Position numbers and translations under genes: made by a program. A DNA stretch of 64,000 nt. Origin: Thermoplasmata archaeon. GTDB lineage: Archaea; Thermoplasmatota; Thermoplasmata; Thermoplasmatales; Thermoplasmataceae. Below, piece by piece: positions 57,154-64,000 of this stretch. The notes below the pieces were generated by a model. The model was not told the DNA's origin. It was given only the letters and a program-made list of their open reading frames with translations, and made no database searches. The DNA lies in assembly GCA_021810045.1 (NCBI GenBank), contig JAJZJR010000004.1:18351-82350 (forward strand), given 5' to 3'. Every line of letters starts with the position of its first letter. Position 1 is the stretch's first letter.

Positions 57154-57876
57154 TTGGACAGACGTAAGTCGATTGCAGTAGTTATTTCTGTACTTTTTCT
57201 CACAATACTGGCAGGCTCAGTTGCAGTGGAATACAACAACGGGAAGGACATCAGCCATTTCCACCTTGACACATACTATTTCAATCCCATAGTGAGTGCC
57301 ACGTATTTCTCAAAACAGGATTACCAGAACTTCACTTCCTTTTATACTCCAGATATAAAATCGCTTGAAGGCAACTACTCAGAGAAATCAGTTAATTTCA
57401 GCTTTGGAGAATATACAATTCTCGTGACCCCGAACCTTCAGCCCATACCCGTGGGCCCCATAAACCTCCATAATTTTTCATCAGCCAATCTCTCCTCTGT
57501 ATCTGATCCTTTGGGATACATCGGCCCCGATTTTGGCATAGCAATGGTGAAAGCCACAGGGCAGTCACCTGGCTTTCTGGGTTTCACGCCAATCGATGCC
57601 AAAGTACTGGCACCCAATGGCTCAAATTACGTTTTCAACCTGAGAGGGGAAAGTTACCGGTTAATTGATAAAATCTACGGATATCCAATCAACATCGGCC
57701 CATACTACAATGTGGGAACAGGTGGCATAAGGCCTACCAACTATTCCATGAAACTTATGCCTGGCCAGTACACGCTTCAGGTCACGGTTTCGCTGTATCA
57801 TTTCCAGAGCATTGGATATACACACCTCACGGATCTGAGCTTTACGTTACCGTACTACAATTTCATTGAAAAATAA
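57154..57876 (+). CDS. hypothetical exported/anchored protein rich in N-glycosylation sequons
   Basis: N-terminal signal/anchor helix (IAVVISVLFLTILAGSVAV). Seven or more N-x-S/T sequons (NFT, NYS, NFS x2, NLS, NGS, NYS). TTG start. Confidence 0.5.
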   Translation: MDRRKSIAVVISVLFLTILAGSVAVEYNNGKDISHFHLDTYYFNPIVSATYFSKQDYQNFTSFYTPDIKSLEGNYSEKSVNFSFGEYTILVTPNLQPIPVGPINLHNFSSANLSSVSDPLGYIGPDFGIAMVKATGQSPGFLGFTPIDAKVLAPNGSNYVFNLRGESYRLIDKIYGYPINIGPYYNVGTGGIRPTNYSMKLMPGQYTLQVTVSLYHFQSIGYTHLTDLSFTLPYYNFIEK

Positions 57877-57888
57877 TGAAGTGTCAGT

Positions 57889-58788
57889 TCATCTTATTCT
57901 TTTGAGTTCGAAGGAACCAAGTGTAAGATCGTTTCCGTTATGAACAACCTCAATCCAGTCCCTGGATTGTGCCTCCTTCATTCCCCTCACCCTGAGATAT
58001 TCGGCAGATGATTCCGTCCTGAATTCTACGGAGCCGTCCATGAAGTAATTCATGTTCTCATAGAGACTTCTCTGAAAAATACCGTCTTCTATGAGGTAAA
58101 GGGTTGTGGACCCTTCCATTTTTCTCCTCTGGGAGAAATGCTGCAGTGCCTTTGGAAACAGTTTATCATCAGATGACTGGGTGATCCAGGCTGTAAGTGA
58201 GAAAAACACCATCCGGTACTTCCCCATGCTGGAGAGCATCATGGAGCAGTTCTGATCCATTGCCTTGAGAAAATTGCTGATGTTGGAAACATTGTCAAGA
58301 ACTATGGCATTGCGGTCATTGTTATCCATCTGGATACTCCGGGAGTAGGCGTCCACGAATTTCAGGTAACCGCTGTCTTCGTAGGAATCAGCAGAAATAC
58401 CCATTGCATAAAGATCGGATTTGATCTCTGAAATAGGTTTGTCCATGGACACAATAACCACTGGATAGGATTCCTTCAGGGATGATACAATAAATCTGTT
58501 GGCAAGAGTAAATTTGGAGCTGTATGGCGGGCCGCTCAGAAGGATGTTGGAGGAAGAGGGATAACCTCCATGCAGGAGATCGTCAAGCCTTGCAAAACCG
58601 GTTGAGATCCTTTGGTTTTCATTATCAACATTGCTGGAACCAACAGGATCAGGCGATAACTCCCTTATGGAGCCATCTATCTGTTCAATGAGGCTCCTTG
58701 TTTCATTGAGTTTCTCCTGGAGCTTCCTTCGCTGATCCATGAGATCCTGAAGCTTTCCATCTGAAGATTCCTGCGGAAATTCTGTCAT
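57889..58788 (-). CDS. KaiC/RadA-like ATPase-fold protein with degenerate Walker A
   Basis: ISTGFARLDDLLHGGYPSSSNILLSGPPYSSKFTL parallels KaiC-family ...G...LD.lLgGG.p.gs..lv.G.pGtGKT, but the glycines of the P-loop are lost. I trimmed the start to ATG 58788, which lies 1 nt after the upstream gene's stop. Confidence 0.6.
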   Translation of the reverse strand: MTEFPQESSDGKLQDLMDQRRKLQEKLNETRSLIEQIDGSIRELSPDPVGSSNVDNENQRISTGFARLDDLLHGGYPSSSNILLSGPPYSSKFTLANRFIVSSLKESYPVVIVSMDKPISEIKSDLYAMGISADSYEDSGYLKFVDAYSRSIQMDNNDRNAIVLDNVSNISNFLKAMDQNCSMMLSSMGKYRMVFFSLTAWITQSSDDKLFPKALQHFSQRRKMEGSTTLYLIEDGIFQRSLYENMNYFMDGSVEFRTESSAEYLRVRGMKEAQSRDWIEVVHNGNDLTLGSFELKRIR

Positions 58789-58789
58789 A

Positions 58790-59989
58790 TCATCTTCCGT
58801 CTGGAGCCCTGTAAGTTCCTGAAACCACCCATGGAGGTTCCTTAGGATCGAAGGGTTCCATGCCCTCAACTGCATTGGTGCTTACAATCTTTTCGTCTAC
58901 CTCAACACCTATGCCTGGTTTTCCGGATAGGGTAAATCTGCCATTTTCCAGCTTGTAACCTGACTTCACAAGATTTCGCTTCCAGTCAGGCCAGAATGCC
59001 TCAAAGCTCTCCTGTATGAGGAAATTTGGAAGTGTCTTGTCAACATTCAGTGTAGCGGCCGTCTGGATCGGTCCAAAAGCATTGTGGAATGCAACAGGCA
59101 CACCCATTGAGTCTGCAATTGCCCCGATCTTCTTTGCCTCCAGTATTCCAAGTGAGTTTGTGAGATCGGGCTGAATGATGTCAACCATGCCCTGAGCGAT
59201 GTATCTTGCAAAATCGGCTTTATTAAGTAGTCTCTCACCCAGTGCTATTGGGGTCCTCACATACCTCTTTACATCTGGAAGTGCAAATTCAAGTTCAGGG
59301 TGAAGAGGCTCCTCCATGAACAGCGGCTCAAACTGGTCAAGTGCAGTTCCAGCATCTATGGCGGCTTTTGTGGAAAATCTGCCATGGCACTCAATAAGCA
59401 GATCTACTCTGTCGCCAAATTCCTCTCTTAGGGAACCTACGATATCAACCGCATTTTTGAGGCCCTCTTTTGAAAGTTTGTCATAATTATTGCCGAATGG
59501 ATCAAATTTCATGGCTGTAAAACCTTTTGAAACGACTTCCTTTGCCTTTCTGACAAAATCCTCAGCAGTGACACAATCTGAGTACCAGCCATTTGCGTAT
59601 GCCCGCAGGTCCTGGTTGAATTCACCACCAAGCAATCTGTATACTGGTTCACCAACAGATTTTCCAATGAGGTCCCAGCTGGCAATCTCAAAGGCACTCA
59701 ATGCTGCAGTTGATTCCATTGATCTTGAAAGATAGAATGAGTTTTTGTAAAATTCCCTTATATTCTTCTCTACATTGAAGAAATCAGCATCCTGGAAGAC
59801 TCTCTTTACCTCCTCCATCTCTTCCTTTACGGGTAATGTCATAAGGGTTGTAGGGGCCTCTCCATAGCCTATAAGGCCATCTTCTGTAGTAAGTCTCACC
59901 AGAAGGATAGTGGAACTCCAGGGGCTTGATATCTCCTTGCCTTTCTCGCCAAGTTCCAGAACATCTATTTTCTTTATTTTCGACGACAT
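58790..59989 (-). CDS. enolase-superfamily D-gluconate/galactonate dehydratase
   Basis: NIREFYKNSFYLSRSMESTAALSAFEIASWDLIGKSVGEPVYRLLGG closely parallels archaeal gluconate dehydratase of the non-phosphorylative Entner-Doudoroff pathway, as I recall the Sulfolobus enzyme. Confidence 0.8.
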   Translation of the reverse strand: MSSKIKKIDVLELGEKGKEISSPWSSTILLVRLTTEDGLIGYGEAPTTLMTLPVKEEMEEVKRVFQDADFFNVEKNIREFYKNSFYLSRSMESTAALSAFEIASWDLIGKSVGEPVYRLLGGEFNQDLRAYANGWYSDCVTAEDFVRKAKEVVSKGFTAMKFDPFGNNYDKLSKEGLKNAVDIVGSLREEFGDRVDLLIECHGRFSTKAAIDAGTALDQFEPLFMEEPLHPELEFALPDVKRYVRTPIALGERLLNKADFARYIAQGMVDIIQPDLTNSLGILEAKKIGAIADSMGVPVAFHNAFGPIQTAATLNVDKTLPNFLIQESFEAFWPDWKRNLVKSGYKLENGRFTLSGKPGIGVEVDEKIVSTNAVEGMEPFDPKEPPWVVSGTYRAPDGR

Positions 59990-60114
59990 ATATGTAAATG
60001 GGTAGAATTGTACTTAAACCTATCAAATCTGACTTCCCGGTCATCTGAAGAGGGCATCGTTCATCCGACAGGTTAACAGATCATCAGTTTTCTGCATGAG
60101 GGTGAAGATATTGA

Positions 60115-61026
60115 CTATCTGCCCATATCCAGATAAGCTTCAAGGGCAGGTATTGAAGGTAATAATGCGTAAATCTTGTTATGGAGTTCATCAAATATTA
60201 TGTCTGAAATCTCGGAACTGCACTTTTCAATCTCTCTAACCCTGCTGTTCTGGAGATCAACTACTGCCAGCTGCCTGCTATCCCTGAATATTACATAGAG
60301 GTGGTTTACCAGCGGATTGAAGAGTATTTTCCTTACAGGTTCCTTGAATGAAATCGCAACCGTGAATGATCCTCCATTTAAACCAGAGACAAGTATCTTA
60401 CCGCTTTCAGTGCCGGCAACAACTCTCTGGTCAACACTGCAAACTACTGCAGAGTTCACAATTTCATCGCCAAATTCTATGTCTCTAGTTACTTTCAGTT
60501 CCTCTCCCGATTTTATCATCATGAGGCGGGAAGGATTTTGAAATAGTATTATGAAGGAATCCTCAAGGTCGTCAAATTTTGTATAAATCACATTTCCTGC
60601 AATCATTGGAAAATTCATGTCTCTTCTTTCAGGATACCGGAAAAACTTGTATTCTCTGTTGGAAACCAGCAGAATGTCACGGTCACTGTCAAGGGAGATG
60701 TTGTGTGGGACAAAGTCGAATTTCAAGGGCAAATGTGGTTTACCGGTGCCTATTTTGTAAACACGGGCCTCGCCGTCACCGGATCCGGTCAGGAACAGAA
60801 GGCCGCGGTCCTGGCATACAGAAGCAATTGAGTTACTTCCGGTGCCTTCCACCGCTCCTGTTATCCTGTCTTCATCAGTGTTTATAATGAGAATCTTCCC
60901 TTCAGCGGGATCCGGCATGTATAAGGTCTCATTGCTGGAATGCACATCCCCTCGCCATGGATTGTCCTTTCCAGTGGAAGGATCCTGCTTCGGGAGCTTA
61001 ATCTTAGAAATTCTGACGGTACTCAT
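60115..61026 (-). CDS. hypothetical protein, possibly beta-propeller-like
   Basis: 303 aa with a beta-rich repetitive pattern (…LLFLTGSGDGEARVY…, …VVAGTESGKILVSG…, …LYVIFRDSRQLAVVD…). The fold call is tentative. Confidence 0.45.
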   Translation of the reverse strand: MSTVRISKIKLPKQDPSTGKDNPWRGDVHSSNETLYMPDPAEGKILIINTDEDRITGAVEGTGSNSIASVCQDRGLLFLTGSGDGEARVYKIGTGKPHLPLKFDFVPHNISLDSDRDILLVSNREYKFFRYPERRDMNFPMIAGNVIYTKFDDLEDSFIILFQNPSRLMMIKSGEELKVTRDIEFGDEIVNSAVVCSVDQRVVAGTESGKILVSGLNGGSFTVAISFKEPVRKILFNPLVNHLYVIFRDSRQLAVVDLQNSRVREIEKCSSEISDIIFDELHNKIYALLPSIPALEAYLDMGR

Positions 61027-61140
61027 TTAAACCAATTGCCGGGGTAAAGACAGGGAATAAAACAACCTTCATAAATATTCTACCTGTACCAGTTCTTAAT
61101 TTATCATGGTTTTTGTCACTTTCATCAATAAAAATAATTA

Positions 61141-63909
61141 ATGGAACACAATAATGACAGGATACCCATGAGTTCCAAATTTCAGAATATAAAGAATTTT
61201 AAGGTAAATGGAAAGGAGTACAACTACTATTCACTGAAGGAGCTTGAAAAACAGGGATATCCAGTTTCAAGATTCCCCGTATCAATCAGAGTCATACTTG
61301 AGTCACTGATCAGGAATTTTGACGGAAAGGAAGTGCGGGAGAAGGATATTGAAAATCTCCTCAAGTGGAACGGAACAAACCTTGCCGATTTTGAGATACC
61401 TTTCAAGGTGGCCCGTGTTTTAATGCAGGATTTCACGGGAGTACCTGCAGTTGTTGATCTTGCAGTAATGAGGGATGCAGCTGCATCACTGGGTAAGAAG
61501 CCCGATATCATCCAGCCACAGGTTCCGGTTGATCTTGTTATTGATCATTCGGTACAGGTAGATTTCTACGGCACACCAGAGGCTATGGAAGAGAACAAAG
61601 AGAAGGAATTTTCAAGGAATGGGGAAAGATACAGGTTCCTCAAGTGGGCTCAGGGGGCATTTGAAAACCTCAGGATTATCCCTCCTTCAGTCGGTATCGT
61701 TCACCAGGTCAATCTCGAGTATCTGGCAAAAGTGGTCATGGAGAAGGAAGTGGATGGCAAAACCTGGGCCTTTCCGGACACTGTTGTGGGAACAGATTCC
61801 CATACCACAATGATCGATGGACTCGGAATTGTCGGCTGGGGAGTTGGAGGCATAGAAGCGGAGGCTGCAATGCTTGATCAGCCCGTTACTTTCAGGGCAC
61901 CTGAGGTTGTAGGCGTACACCTTAAGGGGAAGCTTAATCCCGGCCTTACCGCAACAGATCTGGTTCTCACAGTAACTGAACTGCTCAGAAAGAACAAAGT
62001 CGTAGGCAAATTCGTGGAATTCTTCGGAGAGGGAATCAGGAATCTTGCACTGCCCGACAGAGCAACAATATCCAACATGTGCCCGGAATATGGGGCAACA
62101 GTGGCACTGTTCCCGGTGGATGAACAGACACTTGACTACCTGAGGCTGACTGGAAGATCAGAAGACCACATAAAACTCATAGAGCAGTACTGCAAGGAGC
62201 AGGGAATTTTCGGCTCACAGGAAAATGTGGAATATTCACAGGAAATTGAACTCGATTTATCTACAGTCAAGCCAAGTGTATCGGGTCCAAAACTCCCGCA
62301 GCAGAGGGTCAACCTGGGGAACATAGGCAACAGCTTCCTGAGTTTCATGGAGGACAACCAGGATCAGAACCACCGTGGCGAGGCCAGATTCGAGAATGAG
62401 GGAGGCCTTCCTGACGGCACCCATGGGGCAAAATCAGGACAGGTCCATCTAAAATCATCCAAAATAAATCTCAGCGGAAAGGAAGAGACCCTTACCGAGG
62501 GTGATGTGGTTATAGCAGCAATCACAAGCTGTACCAACACCAGTAATCCCTATGTTATGCTTGCAGCTGGTCTCCTGGCAAAGAAAGCAGTTGAGAAGGG
62601 ACTAACGGTGAGCAAGAAGGTAAAAACCAGCCTTGCACCGGGCTCCAGGGTCGTTACAGAATATCTTAACAAATCCGGCCTTCAGACATATCTGGACCAG
62701 CTTGGCTTCAATCTTGTCGGTTATGGATGCACAACCTGCATAGGTAACAGCGGGCCACTCAATGAGAGTATTGAGTCAGCAATCGTCAGGGACAATCTTG
62801 CAACCGCTGCAGTTCTTTCAGGAAACAGGAATTTTGAGGCAAGAGTTCACAGGAATGTAAAGGCCAACTACCTCATGTCACCACCTCTTGTTGTGGCTTT
62901 TGCCCTGGCAGGAAAGGTTACAATCGATCTGGACAGGGAACCAATCGGAAAGGGGAAGGATGGCAAGGATGTATTCCTCAAGGACATATGGCCGGACAGC
63001 AATGAGATTACTGAGGCAATGAAAGGTTCAATCAGCAGGGAAATGTTCATTGAAAGATACAACAACGTTGACAACTACAACGAGCAATGGTCAGAACTGG
63101 AGGCACCAAGTGGCGTTCAGTATTCCTGGGAACCAGAGAGCACCTACATAAGGAAGGCCCCATTCTTTGAGAACTGGGATCCAAAACAGGTCATAGAAAC
63201 AAAGGAACTCAAGGACACCAGGCCACTACTTGTTCTTGGTGACTCAATCACCACGGATCACATTTCTCCTGCCGGTTCATTCAGCAAAGAGACCCCGGCT
63301 GGAAAATACCTTATGGAACATAATGTCCAGCCGCTTGACTTCAATTCATATGGTTCAAGAAGAGGTAACCACGAGGTCATGATGCGAGGTACCTTTGCAA
63401 ACAACAGGATCAGGAACAAACTTTCCACGAAGGAAGGCGGTTACACTGTTCATTTCCCAGATAAGAAGGATATGAGCGTTTATGATGCTGCCATGCAGTA
63501 CATGAACGAGAAAAGAAATACCATTGTTATCGCCGGTGATCAGTACGGAACAGGGAGTTCCAGGGACTGGGCCGCCAAAGGTCCTTACCTTCTCGGAGTA
63601 AAGGCTATTGTTGCAGTTGGCTACGAAAGAATCCACAGGAGCAATCTTGTAGGCATGGGAGTGATACCTCTCCAGTTCAAGAATGGCGAGAATTTCGAGA
63701 GCCTGAAGATTGATCCTGAAAAGACAATCGACATTGTATTTGAGAAAGGGGTTACTGCATCAGGTAGAGCTACGATGAAATTCACTGAGAGCGGCACAGG
63801 GAAAGATAAATCCACAGAATTAATCATAAGAGTGGATACGCCTGTGGAAGAGGAATACCTCAAGATTGGCGGAATTCTTCAATTCGTTCTTAGAAGACTC
63901 GTATCCTGA
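61141..63909 (+). CDS. acnA: aconitate hydratase A
   Basis: 922 aa. Motifs GTDSHTTMIDGLG, ITSCTNTSNP and GCTTCIGNSGPL provide the Fe-S ligands, and YGSRRGNHEVM is also present. Confidence 0.95.
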   Translation: MEHNNDRIPMSSKFQNIKNFKVNGKEYNYYSLKELEKQGYPVSRFPVSIRVILESLIRNFDGKEVREKDIENLLKWNGTNLADFEIPFKVARVLMQDFTGVPAVVDLAVMRDAAASLGKKPDIIQPQVPVDLVIDHSVQVDFYGTPEAMEENKEKEFSRNGERYRFLKWAQGAFENLRIIPPSVGIVHQVNLEYLAKVVMEKEVDGKTWAFPDTVVGTDSHTTMIDGLGIVGWGVGGIEAEAAMLDQPVTFRAPEVVGVHLKGKLNPGLTATDLVLTVTELLRKNKVVGKFVEFFGEGIRNLALPDRATISNMCPEYGATVALFPVDEQTLDYLRLTGRSEDHIKLIEQYCKEQGIFGSQENVEYSQEIELDLSTVKPSVSGPKLPQQRVNLGNIGNSFLSFMEDNQDQNHRGEARFENEGGLPDGTHGAKSGQVHLKSSKINLSGKEETLTEGDVVIAAITSCTNTSNPYVMLAAGLLAKKAVEKGLTVSKKVKTSLAPGSRVVTEYLNKSGLQTYLDQLGFNLVGYGCTTCIGNSGPLNESIESAIVRDNLATAAVLSGNRNFEARVHRNVKANYLMSPPLVVAFALAGKVTIDLDREPIGKGKDGKDVFLKDIWPDSNEITEAMKGSISREMFIERYNNVDNYNEQWSELEAPSGVQYSWEPESTYIRKAPFFENWDPKQVIETKELKDTRPLLVLGDSITTDHISPAGSFSKETPAGKYLMEHNVQPLDFNSYGSRRGNHEVMMRGTFANNRIRNKLSTKEGGYTVHFPDKKDMSVYDAAMQYMNEKRNTIVIAGDQYGTGSSRDWAAKGPYLLGVKAIVAVGYERIHRSNLVGMGVIPLQFKNGENFESLKIDPEKTIDIVFEKGVTASGRATMKFTESGTGKDKSTELIIRVDTPVEEEYLKIGGILQFVLRRLVS

Positions 63910-64000
63910 GCAAATGTGCGAAATTTTTCGTACATTCTTTTCAACATAACCCTAATTTTTTTAAACATATGAGATCAGGGTATGCATAACCATGTACATA

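Noticed and set aside
58789-58875. 29-codon N-terminal extension of the KaiC-like gene overlapping the gluconate dehydratase 3' end
   Set aside because: The internal ATG at 58788 sits 1 nt after the upstream stop (TGA-T-ATG), a more typical coupled arrangement.
1-64000. CRISPR arrays, rRNA genes, additional tRNAs
   Set aside because: No regularly spaced direct repeats and no rRNA-like conserved stretches were seen. Only the two cloverleaf-forming sequences at 12668-12739 and 49689-49761 were convincing. A manual scan cannot exclude small ncRNAs such as C/D-box sRNAs.

Overview
The window looks archaeal and Thermoplasmatales-like, at roughly 40-45% GC by eye. Supporting gene content includes an A1Ao ATP synthase, a GHMP-type shikimate kinase, isopentenyl-phosphate kinase with type-2 IDI, and gluconate dehydratase. 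Bases 1-12.7 kb appear to be an AT-richer accessory island on the 3' side of tRNA-Ala(UGC). It carries a P4/D5-type primase-helicase cut by the window edge, a type I R-M operon (hsdM-hsdS-hsdR plus an HExxH peptidase) and several zinc-ribbon or RHH orphan genes. It also holds a three-gene cassette with a Panacea/DUF4065-like middle gene, which is my best candidate for an undescribed toxin-antitoxin or defence module. The housekeeping blocks that follow are listed below.
- IPK, IDI2 and a ZPR1-like gene.
- The ATP synthase operon in the order K-E-C-F-A-B-D-(57-aa ORF)-H-I, with a 527-aa LAGLIDADG intein in the atpA P-loop.
- UbiX, a rhodanese and a GT2 glycosyltransferase.
- A complete seven-gene shikimate operon.
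- An SSS transporter, a B12-type radical SAM gene and an MscS channel.
- An intact ISL3 element with an 8-bp target duplication.
- kdpABC.
- An AbiEi/AbiEii pair and a DUF2283 gene next to tRNA-Pro(UGG).
- A six-gene group-4-hydrogenase/complex-I-like membrane cluster. Its 'large subunit' has no NiFe-ligand cysteines, so it is Ehr-like.
- Gluconate dehydratase and aconitase.

No rRNA genes or CRISPR arrays were seen. All family assignments come from motif recognition by eye; no searches were run.
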